Shown in pieces: positions 11,466 to 18,956 of a stretch of DNA of 64,000 nt. This DNA is from an uncultured Acidobacteriota bacterium (lineage in GTDB: Bacteria; Acidobacteriota; Vicinamibacteria; Vicinamibacterales; JAKQTR01): assembly GCA_963817885.1 (NCBI GenBank), contig CAWFQE010000013.1, positions 240,178-304,177 on the forward strand, read 5' to 3'. The notes under the pieces are model-generated. The model ran no database searches. It saw nothing but the letters and a program-made list of their open reading frames with translations, and was not told the origin of the DNA. Position numbers and translations under genes: made by a program. Position 1 is the first letter of the stretch. Each line of letters begins with the position of its first letter.

Positions 11466-14324
11466 ATGACCGTCGCCGAATTCATCGCGAAGTGGCGCCA
11501 TGTGCAATTGACGGAACGGTCGTCAGCACAGACGCACTTCATCGACCTGTGCCGGCTGGTCAGCCACCCCGATCCGGTAGCAGCAGATCCAGACGGCACC
11601 TGGTTCACCTTCGAGCGCGGAGCCGCGAAGGCCCTCGGCGGCGACGGATGGGCTGATGTCTGGAAAAAGGGCTTCTTTGGCTGGGAGTACAAAGGGCTCC
11701 ATCGGGATCTCGCAGCCGCCTACGGACAACTGCTCCTCTATCAAGGCGCCCTCGAAAATCCGCCGCTCCTCGTCACGTGCGACACCGATCGGATACTGGT
11801 GCACACGCACTTCCCGAATACGCCCAGCGTGACCCATGAGCTGACGCTCGAAGGGCTGGCCGACGCCGCGCAATTCTCGATTCTGCATGCGGTCTTCCAC
11901 GATCCCGATCGCCTGCGGCCTGGCAAGACCATCCAGGCCATCACTGAAGAAGCCGCAGGCAGGATCACGGACATCGCCCAGGCGTTGCGCGGCCGGGGCG
12001 TTCCGCCGACGAAGGTTGCGCGGTTTCTCGATCGCCTCGTGTTCTGCCTGTTCGCAGAAGATGTGGGGCTGCTCCCCGAGCGGACATTCAGCCGCGTGAT
12101 CGACAACACAAAGGGCGACCCTGAGCGCTTCCGTGTGGTGCTCGGGAGCCTCTTCGCGGCCATGGCCGGAGGCGGAGATTTTGGTGCCGATCGGATTGCT
12201 CATTTCGATGGCGACGTGTTCAAGGACGCTGACGTGCTCGACCTGACTGTCGATGAGATCAGGCAGCTCGCCGCCGTGACGGCGCTCGACTGGGCCGCTA
12301 TCGACCCCTCGATCTTCGGCACCTTGTTCGAGCGGGCGCTCGATCCCGACAAGCGGTCGCAGCTCGGAGCGCATTACACCAGCCGCGAAGACATCGAGAG
12401 GATCGTCGATCCGGTCGTCATGGAACCACTGCGCAACGAATGGACCACGGTGCGCGAGCAGGTGTCGGCCCTGCTGGAGGGCAAGGTCACGCCGAAGGGC
12501 CACAAGAAGGCCGAGCGCCTTCTCCGGGACTTTCTTGGCCGACTCCAGGCGGTCACCGTGCTCGACCCGGCCTGCGGGTCAGGGAACTTCCTCTACGTGA
12601 CGCTTCAGAAGCTCAAGGACCTGGAAAAGGAAGTCATCGTGTTCGCCGCGTCCCAGCACTTCGGGTTCTTTCCAGGTGTCGGACCCTGGCAGCTCCACGG
12701 CATCGAGCTGAATAAGTACGCGTTCGAGCTGGCGCAGATGACCGCGTGGATTGGCTATCTCCAATGGGTGAAGCTCAACGGCCTGGGCCAGCCCGACGAG
12801 CCCATTCTTCGACCATTGACCACGTTCGAGTGCAAGGACGCCGTCCTGGACCTCCAGCCGGACAACGTCGTCGTGGAGCCAGAGTGGCCGGCCGCGGAGT
12901 TCATCGTCAGCAATCCACCGTTCCTTGGGGTGCGGAAACTGCGCGACAACCTCGGCGACGAGTATGTCGAAGGCCTGTTCACTCTTTGGAATGGCCGGGT
13001 GCCGGCCGAGGCGGACTACTGCTGCTACTGGTTCGAGAAGGCTCGCGCGCAGGTAGAAGCAGGAAAGACGCGGCGGGCAGGGTTGCTCGCTACCCAGGGA
13101 ATCCGTTCTGGGGCGAATCGTGAAGTGCTGCGCCGCATCAAGCAGACAGGCGACATCTTCTTCGCGGTCAGCGACCGGGAGTGGGTCTTGGATGGCGCCA
13201 GCGTGCACGTGTCAATGGTGGGATTCGGCAACAGAGATGAGAGCATCCACGTGCTCGATGATCGTCACGTATCGGTGATTCATGCGGATCTGACATCGAA
13301 AGTCGACCTGACCACCGCAGTGAGGCTGCCTTCCGACCGCGGTGTTTCCTTCATGGCCGACACGAAGGGCGGCGCGTTCGACATCGAAGGGGAGACGGCG
13401 ACTGGTTGGCTCCAGGCGGTCAACCCGCATGGACGACCAAATAGTGATGTCGTTCGACCGTGGACGAATGGTTTCGATGTTACCCGCCGCTCAAGAGGAC
13501 GATGGATCATTGACTTCCCTCCCGATACGTCGCGGGCCGTCGCATCGAGGTACGAGATCCCATTTGAGCACCTGATGTCGAAGGTCAAACCTAGGCGCGA
13601 CGACCACAGAAATCATGTGCTGGCCGAGCGATGGTGGCAACACGAACGCCCTCGGCCCGAAATGCGGCTCGTACTGTCGAATCTGTCCAGATTCCTGGCG
13701 ACGCCAGAAGTCGCGAAGCATCGTCCGTTCGTATGGCTGTCTCCGGATGTTCTGGCAGACCATCAACTGATCGTATTCGCGACGAATGACGACCGTACGT
13801 TCGGTATCCTGCACTCACGGGTGCATGCGATATGGGCGCTAAGTATGGGGTCTCGACTGGAAACGCGCCCTCGTTATACTCCAACCAGCATATTCGAGAC
13901 TTTCGCCTTCCCTCAGTGTTCAGAGGCTAGATCTGCCGATATCGCGGCCGCTGCTTGCGAGTTGAATGTCGTCCGCGACCGATGGCTGAATCCGCCTGAG
14001 TGGACTCGCAAGCACAGCATCACGTTCCCAGCGAGCATCGAGGGGCCGTGGCGCCACATAGTCGAGGCCCCGAACGCCGATGGAATCGGCACCGCAAAGT
14101 ACACCCGACTGGTGCCCGTGGACGCCGGCGCGGAGAGGGCCCTGGCGAAGCGCACCCTAACCCATCTCTACAACGAGAAACCGACCTGGCTTCGGGATCT
14201 GCACGCCGCGCTCGACGACGCGGTGCTCGACGCCTATGGACTGCCACGAGACGCCGACGATCAGCTGATGGTCAGTCACCTGCTCGCGCTGAATCATTCG
14301 CGCGCCAAGGCTGAACAAGGCTAG
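11466..14324 (+). CDS. MmeI-like type IIL/IIG restriction-modification fusion (endonuclease, N6-adenine MTase, TRD)
   Basis: N-terminal ERSSAQTHFIDLC...ADV...WEYKG (PD-ExK); GAHYTS; motif I VLDPACGSGNFL; motif IV SNPPF; C-terminal RYTPTSIFETFAFP and TLTHLYNE...LDDAVLDAYG. TAAGAT lies 8 nt before ATG 11466. Confidence 0.92.
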   Translation: MTVAEFIAKWRHVQLTERSSAQTHFIDLCRLVSHPDPVAADPDGTWFTFERGAAKALGGDGWADVWKKGFFGWEYKGLHRDLAAAYGQLLLYQGALENPPLLVTCDTDRILVHTHFPNTPSVTHELTLEGLADAAQFSILHAVFHDPDRLRPGKTIQAITEEAAGRITDIAQALRGRGVPPTKVARFLDRLVFCLFAEDVGLLPERTFSRVIDNTKGDPERFRVVLGSLFAAMAGGGDFGADRIAHFDGDVFKDADVLDLTVDEIRQLAAVTALDWAAIDPSIFGTLFERALDPDKRSQLGAHYTSREDIERIVDPVVMEPLRNEWTTVREQVSALLEGKVTPKGHKKAERLLRDFLGRLQAVTVLDPACGSGNFLYVTLQKLKDLEKEVIVFAASQHFGFFPGVGPWQLHGIELNKYAFELAQMTAWIGYLQWVKLNGLGQPDEPILRPLTTFECKDAVLDLQPDNVVVEPEWPAAEFIVSNPPFLGVRKLRDNLGDEYVEGLFTLWNGRVPAEADYCCYWFEKARAQVEAGKTRRAGLLATQGIRSGANREVLRRIKQTGDIFFAVSDREWVLDGASVHVSMVGFGNRDESIHVLDDRHVSVIHADLTSKVDLTTAVRLPSDRGVSFMADTKGGAFDIEGETATGWLQAVNPHGRPNSDVVRPWTNGFDVTRRSRGRWIIDFPPDTSRAVASRYEIPFEHLMSKVKPRRDDHRNHVLAERWWQHERPRPEMRLVLSNLSRFLATPEVAKHRPFVWLSPDVLADHQLIVFATNDDRTFGILHSRVHAIWALSMGSRLETRPRYTPTSIFETFAFPQCSEARSADIAAAACELNVVRDRWLNPPEWTRKHSITFPASIEGPWRHIVEAPNADGIGTAKYTRLVPVDAGAERALAKRTLTHLYNEKPTWLRDLHAALDDAVLDAYGLPRDADDQLMVSHLLALNHSRAKAEQG

Positions 14325-14496
14325 CGCGACGCCGCCCCCGCTCCTTCGTGCCGGCGGTGGCAATTCCAGACCACCCCTCGTCAGTCGAATCGTATGTACC
14401 GGGCTGGCATCAGGACTCCAGTGACAGCCAGGATTGGCTGAGGCCGCCGCAGCGGAACGGCCTTGTGCTGATAACCGTCAGCTTGACTGGGAATCC

Positions 14497-14769
14497 TTAT
14501 GCGCCGGACGCGGTCGACCGAAGCCACGACCCGATTCGGTCGAGCGTGGCCGAGTCGAAGTCGCCGGCGTAGATGCGGCGGAATGTCTGCACCCTGAGTT
14601 CGACGGGATCGGTGATTCCCTGGGCCCGGAGGCTCGACTCGACGAGCCGTTTCGCTGCGTCCCACATGGCGCTGCTCATCCGGAGGCGCTCTTCACCCGA
14701 GCGGGACATCAGGATCCGGCGCTGGATCGCTTCAGCCTCCGGCGTAGTGTCGTGTGCCGCGCCGTTCAT
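14497..14769 (-). CDS. Small helical protein of the type paired with nucleotidyltransferases (putative TA partner)
   Basis: 90 aa DTTPEAEAIQ...SGEERLRM...; ATGA-coupled to the upstream nucleotidyltransferase remnant. Confidence 0.6.
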   Translation of the reverse strand: MNGAAHDTTPEAEAIQRRILMSRSGEERLRMSSAMWDAAKRLVESSLRAQGITDPVELRVQTFRRIYAGDFDSATLDRIGSWLRSTASGA

Positions 14770-14918
14770 GCCCGGAGTTCCCGGACGATGTCGATGTCGC
14801 GCGTCATGCGGGGCTGGGCGTAGTATCCCAGAGCCAGGGACCCGCTGAGCACGTAGGGGATGTCAGCCTCGTCCAAACGAGAGGTTACGATGCGAAGCAG
14901 ATCGAGGACGTCGTTCAT
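14766..14918 (-). pseudogene. Truncated Pol-beta-like nucleotidyltransferase
   Basis: 50 aa: IPYVLSGSLALGYYAQPRMTRDIDIV (GS...DxD motif), then RELRA* follows at once. Confidence 0.7.
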
Positions 14919-14939
14919 GCTGCCTGCCAGGGCGCTGAA

Positions 14940-14948
14940 AGTGTACCA
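14940..14948 (-). promoter_or_regulatory. Extended -10 TGgTACACT for the NTase/partner pair
   Basis: Minus strand tggTACACT, 21 nt upstream of ATG 14918. Confidence 0.5.
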
Positions 14949-15049
14949 CGGCGACGGTCCCGAACCCCTCCAGCCCTGCCTCCCACGACGGTCTCCCCTG
15001 CGGTTCCTCCGCCGCCGCGCATTTGCAGGGGGAACCAAGCCTAGTCTGG

Positions 15050-15370
15050 CGCGGCGAGGTCCGCTACAGCCCGGCACGGTGCCTCGCCACGAAGACCGAG
15101 ATCCTGACGTGCGACCCAGACCCGAAGCACATCAGCACGACCTACGTCGAACGCCAGAACCGCACGAGGCGCTTGTCGATGCGCCGGTTCACGCGGCTTA
15201 CGAACGCGTTCAGCAAGAAGATCGAAAACCACGTCGCGGCCGTGGCGCTCTGCTTCACGTATTACCCCTTCGGGCGAGTCCATCAGACGCTTCGCGTGCC
15301 CCCCGCAATGGAACCGGGTGTTGCCGATCACGTCCGGACGATCGCCGAAATCGTGGAACTCCCAGGATAG
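15050..15370 (+). pseudogene. IS1-family DDE transposase C-terminal remnant
   Basis: RYSP..C......DPDPKHISTTYVERQN.T.R.SMRRFTRLTNAFSKKIENH...R.HQTLR..PAM..GV.DH; the N-terminal part is missing and conserved positions are substituted. Confidence 0.85.
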
Positions 15371-15416
15371 ATTGGTGGACTCCACCGGAACAATGGCGAG
15401 TTCCGACGGAGCGTTT

Positions 15417-15926
15417 CTAACGAGCGTCGATCTTCTCACGTCTCCGCGGATGTGGCGGTTCAGCGAGGTCCTTTGCCGGCGTTGCCCTTACGGCATCCCC
15501 GATTCGGAACACTGGCGCCACGATTGGAGGGAGGTTCATTCGGACTGACATCGACTGAATGAACTCTCGTCCGAACGGCCATGCGTTGAAGACGCCATTG
15601 AGTTCTGCGAACTCTCCAAGTGTCTTCTTGGACGTCGTAACTTGACAGGGCACGCTATAGAGAAGCTCGAAGACCGCGCGGACATCCACGACCGGCTTTT
15701 CGGCTGGCCGGTCCTCTTGCACAACCTGTGCTTCCATGAACGCCGTCACATAGAAGTCATCGCCGCTGCGCTCACCCGCTTTCGCCCCGGAATTGATGTT
15801 CAGCCGGACCTTGCCGACTTCTCGGGGCGATCGAATCGACGTCTTGGCGATCCCTTCGATGAGCCTAACGCCCTTCAACTGCACAGCTCTGATGAGTTCG
15901 GCCAACTCGCTCTTCGTCTCAGTCAT
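15417..15926 (-). CDS. SecB-like chaperone (TAC chaperone)
   Basis: VQLKGVRL..., V.VRAVFELLY, FAELNGVFNAWPFGREFIQSMSVRMNLPPIVAP (SecB-fold C-terminal signature); ATGA overlap with the antitoxin stop. Confidence 0.85.
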   Translation of the reverse strand: MTETKSELAELIRAVQLKGVRLIEGIAKTSIRSPREVGKVRLNINSGAKAGERSGDDFYVTAFMEAQVVQEDRPAEKPVVDVRAVFELLYSVPCQVTTSKKTLGEFAELNGVFNAWPFGREFIQSMSVRMNLPPIVAPVFRIGDAVRATPAKDLAEPPHPRRREKIDAR

Positions 15927-16366
15927 GCCGCCACCCCGTCCCGATCGCCTGCGCGCTTGGACGCAACGAGTCGAAGGGTCGGCTTCGGCGACTCGTTGAT
16001 GCGCATGTTTGACCACCCGCCGCGGGGAGATTCCCAAATCCTGTGACTACCACTGAGCGTCGGTCTACGAACGGAAATTTCGATTCCGCAGTTCAAGGCA
16101 TCCGCCACGTCGGCGATCGTCCTAAGCGTCAGGTTCCGACTGCCGGAGAGCAGCTGCGAAACGAATCCTTTAGTCTTCCCAAGGCGTTGCGCCAGTTCCG
16201 TTCTTTTGACGCCTTCAGATTCCAGCGCATCACACAGAGCTTCAGTAACGTCAAGAATCAGTTCCTCTTGACGCAAGAGCCGGCGGTTCTGCGCGGAGGC
16301 TCCCTCGAACCGTTCGTAGTCGGTCATTTCAACGTCGGTTCGTGGTTCTCTGTTCATATTCATCAT
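15923..16366 (-). CDS. HigA-like XRE-HTH antitoxin with C-terminal extension (putative chaperone-addiction tail)
   Basis: TELAQRLGKTKGFVSQLLSGSRNLTLRTIADVADAL HTH, then a ~45-aa tail with IWESPRGGW; alternative starts at 16357 and 16327. Confidence 0.85.
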   Translation of the reverse strand: MMNMNREPRTDVEMTDYERFEGASAQNRRLLRQEELILDVTEALCDALESEGVKRTELAQRLGKTKGFVSQLLSGSRNLTLRTIADVADALNCGIEISVRRPTLSGSHRIWESPRGGWSNMRINESPKPTLRLVASKRAGDRDGVAA

Positions 16367-16733
16367 TCTCCTTTAGCACCCGGAGTGCCCTCTGGATGTC
16401 CTCAGGGGACAGCTTGTCTTTCTTTTTCCTGGTTCCAACAGCGACCAAAAATCGGCACCCGGGCCGAAAGCCTCCGATGAACCTAAGTTGGAAGCTCTTG
16501 AACTCCCATAGCTTCCGGCCCTCTCCGGCTGCGCGTTCGCCAAGCTGCCTGAACTGCTCTCGGTTCGATATGAGCCCGGTACCTGCGAATTTCCGAAACA
16601 AGGCGAGAATCTTAGCCTGGTCGCCCGGACCGAGGCCCTGAAAATAGTCGCGACTAGGCATCGTCCCGTGCGAGTCGGACGCCCATTCGACAGTGCCCCA
16701 TTCGCCCTTCGCCGCGATCTTCGGCGTATCCAC
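16329..16733 (-). CDS. HigB/RelE (Gp49-like) toxin
   Basis: PSRDYFQGL...KILALF...FRQL...LWEFK...LRFI.....FLV..G..KKKDKLS..DI.RA; first gene of a toxin-antitoxin-chaperone operon. Confidence 0.82.
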   Translation of the reverse strand: MDTPKIAAKGEWGTVEWASDSHGTMPSRDYFQGLGPGDQAKILALFRKFAGTGLISNREQFRQLGERAAGEGRKLWEFKSFQLRFIGGFRPGCRFLVAVGTRKKKDKLSPEDIQRALRVLKENDEYEQRTTNRR

Positions 16734-16741
16734 AGCGCATG

Positions 16742-16795
16742 AGTGTACATATAACTATACGACATGTCCACGAAAACGTTTAGTCTTATCTAAAC
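16742..16795 (-). promoter_or_regulatory. TAC operon promoter/operator region
   Basis: Minus strand TATAGT and TACACT hexamers (TACACT 8 nt before the toxin GTG); imperfect palindrome GTGTA-N8-TATAC (16743-16760) and inverted repeat GTTTAG-N6-CTAAAC (16778-16795). Confidence 0.5.
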
Positions 16796-16824
16796 AGTAC
16801 GTAAAGGACTTGGCATGGCGTTCC

Positions 16825-16841
16825 CAAACTGACCCGCTACC
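16825..16841. repeat. IS1-family-like terminal inverted repeat (CAAACTGACCCGCTACC; reverse complement GGTAGCGGGTCAGTTTG)
   Basis: Resembles from memory the GGTAGTGGGTCAGTTTG-type ends of this IS1 subgroup; sits at the edge of the AT-richer block just before the rpsT promoter region. Confidence 0.65.
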
Positions 16842-16942
16842 CTCTGCGGGTGCGGCTCGCGCAAAGGACCGTGAAATGCTATGATCAGAGATTCTTGGGC
16901 TGGTATGGGACCTGCCCGTCGGGCCTGTGTTCAGAGGTGACT

Positions 16943-17218
16943 GTGGCTACTCACGCATCGGCGCTCAAGGCGCATCGGCAGAACATCAAGCGGCGCGAGC
17001 ACAATCGGCAAATGCGTTCGAAGCTTCGCAACGCGCTCCGGGATATCCGCGCGACGATCGATCAGGACGACCTCGCCGGCGCCAAGAAGCAGCTCAAGGC
17101 GACCGTCTCGCTCATCGATAAGATGGTGGGCAAGGGCATCATCCACCGCAACGCCGCCGCCCGCTACAAGTCCCGGCTGGTCACCAAGATCGACAAGCCA
17201 GCGCAGCCGACGGCCTGA
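16943..17218 (+). CDS. rpsT: 30S ribosomal protein S20
   Basis: GTG start with GAGG RBS; ATHASALK..RQ...R..NR..RSKLR...IDK.VGKGIIHRN.AARYKSRL. Confidence 0.97.
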   Translation: MATHASALKAHRQNIKRREHNRQMRSKLRNALRDIRATIDQDDLAGAKKQLKATVSLIDKMVGKGIIHRNAAARYKSRLVTKIDKPAQPTA

Positions 17219-17404
17219 CCTTTCGGGGGACGCGCCGCCCGAGCGAGCGCGCGTTCCCTGGGGTCGCCGCCCGCCACGTGGCAGATCGTTTCCCGGGCGG
17301 GACACTTCGGCGCCGGAGCCCTCAGTGCTTCGACTCGCAAACACGGTTCCGCATGCGTGCCAGGCAACCGGTCCAATCGCTCGCTCACCACTGAGTCTCG
17401 GGCG

Positions 17405-17428
17405 CACGAGTTCGTCACCGAACTCGTG
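17405..17428. terminator. Perfect 10-bp hairpin after the holA stop
   Basis: CACGAGTTCG-tcac-CGAACTCGTG between convergent rpsT and holA; no clear U-tract. Confidence 0.55.
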
Positions 17429-17439
17429 AATCGAACGAC

Positions 17440-18381
17440 TCAGGAACACAATTCGACGACCAGCCGCTCGAGCAGGACCCGCGCATCGCCGCGCGAGGTC
17501 TTCAAGGCGAGGTCTGTGCGGAACACGGCCTCCACGGCCGTCCCGGCCTTGGCCGGCGCCATCTTCGTGCGAACGAACCAGGCCAGCTGGCCGAGGACCA
17601 TCACCGGGAACTCCCCCGCTTCCAGCCGCAGTGCCAACTCGCGCAGCGCTTCGCCGCGCTCCCCCCGCTCGATCGCGTTGACCATGGCCCAGGGATCCTG
17701 CGAGGTGGCCGCGCCCGCCACTTCCTGGACCGCCGACTCGGTCACGATGCCGTCGGGACCGGTGAACATCAGCGCCCGTTCGAATTCCGCGCGCAGCCGG
17801 CCAATATCGTTCCCGGCAAGTTTCGAGAGCCGGCGCGCCGCTCCAGGCTCGATGCGGACGCCCTCGCGAGCGGCCTCGGCACGTATCCACGCGGCCGCCC
17901 CGTCCGCGCCTGCGAGCGGATCGCAATCGACCAGCGTGCCGTGCTTCTCGAGGAGCGTGCTCGCCTTCAACCGCCGGTCCAGTCCTTCCCCGACGACGAA
18001 CACCACGACGGCGTGCGGCGCAGGCGACTTGAGATACTCCTCGAAGGCGGCCAGCTCCGCTCCGCCCCCCTCGGAGTCCTTCAAAACGGCCAGCAGCTTC
18101 TCGGCCTGGTGAATGATCACCATCCGGACCGGAGCCATCATCGGCAGCGTTCGCGCCAGGTCGAGCAGCGCCCACAGCTGCCTGCGCGCCTCCGGCTTCG
18201 AGTCACTCCCGAAGAGCCGGTCGAGGTTGAACGGGCGCAGGCCTTCGTCGAGCGTGTCGGAGAGCATCGAGCCCAGGCGGGACTTTCGCTCATCGTCCCG
18301 GCCGGTGATCAGGTAGACCCGGTCGAGGCGTCCGGCCTGTATCTGCTGTTCGAACGCGTCGGGTGTGAGTCGTGTGGCCAC
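17440..18381 (-). CDS. holA: DNA polymerase III delta subunit
   Basis: VYLITG.D, FNLD, ARTLPMMAP.RMVII, TDLALKTS; canonical leuS-lptE-holA order. Confidence 0.9.
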   Translation of the reverse strand: MATRLTPDAFEQQIQAGRLDRVYLITGRDDERKSRLGSMLSDTLDEGLRPFNLDRLFGSDSKPEARRQLWALLDLARTLPMMAPVRMVIIHQAEKLLAVLKDSEGGGAELAAFEEYLKSPAPHAVVVFVVGEGLDRRLKASTLLEKHGTLVDCDPLAGADGAAAWIRAEAAREGVRIEPGAARRLSKLAGNDIGRLRAEFERALMFTGPDGIVTESAVQEVAGAATSQDPWAMVNAIERGERGEALRELALRLEAGEFPVMVLGQLAWFVRTKMAPAKAGTAVEAVFRTDLALKTSRGDARVLLERLVVELCS

Positions 18382-18408
18382 GTGACGCTCCGAAACGGGG
18401 TTCGCGAA

Positions 18409-18945
18409 TCAGAAGGCTTCGAGGATGGCGCTCACGACCGAGCGGGCGAAGTCGTTGGCGACCCGGTCCAGGGCATTCGAGCTCTGGCCGAAGAACGCCT
18501 TCGGGTCGCCGGCCGCGGTATCAGGCGGGAGATCATACTCCTCGCGAAAAATCATGCTCGGGTTGTCCCACAGCGTCTTGTCCGTCTTCGCGTCGATGAA
18601 CTCGATCTTCGTGGCGATGGTGATGACGTAGCGCGTCGCCTGCTGGTTCTGGTTGAAGTTGGTCGGGGTGATGGACAGGCTCATGATGGAACCGCGCAGG
18701 ATGGCATCGACATTCGTGTCCTGCGGCAGGACCTGGTACTTCCCCCGGCCGATGAACTCGGCGCGCACGCGCTCGGTGAAACGCTGTTCCACGTCCGGGA
18801 CCTGCGTGCTGTTGACGAACTGCGGGATCCCGATCGCCTTGATCGACGCCGGCAGAAACGTGCCTCGGCCGGCCAGCGAGTAGCCGCACGCCGGCAACAG
18901 CAGCGTCACGACCAGGACGAGGCACGCATCGACTCGGGTTCGCAT
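18409..18945 (-). CDS. lptE: LPS assembly lipoprotein LptE family
   Basis: Lipobox LLPA-CGY; lies between leuS and holA. Confidence 0.85.
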   Translation of the reverse strand: MRTRVDACLVLVVTLLLPACGYSLAGRGTFLPASIKAIGIPQFVNSTQVPDVEQRFTERVRAEFIGRGKYQVLPQDTNVDAILRGSIMSLSITPTNFNQNQQATRYVITIATKIEFIDAKTDKTLWDNPSMIFREEYDLPPDTAAGDPKAFFGQSSNALDRVANDFARSVVSAILEAF

Positions 18946-18956
18946 GGCCCCCACCC

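Larger units (their letters stand above)
15050..16841 (+). mobile_element. Decayed IS1-family element carrying passenger genes (right part only)
   Basis: Transposase remnant, then convergent TAC genes, then an IS1-like terminus at 16825-16841; no left end found. Confidence 0.6.

Noticed and set aside
14936-14952. Second degenerate IS1-type end (TGAAAGTGTACCACGGC)
   Set aside because: It lacks the terminal CTACC and is better explained as the extended -10 of the NTase gene.
11300-16940. Prophage/ICE attachment site or tRNA target for the island
   Set aside because: No integrase, tRNA or flanking direct repeats could be identified by eye.
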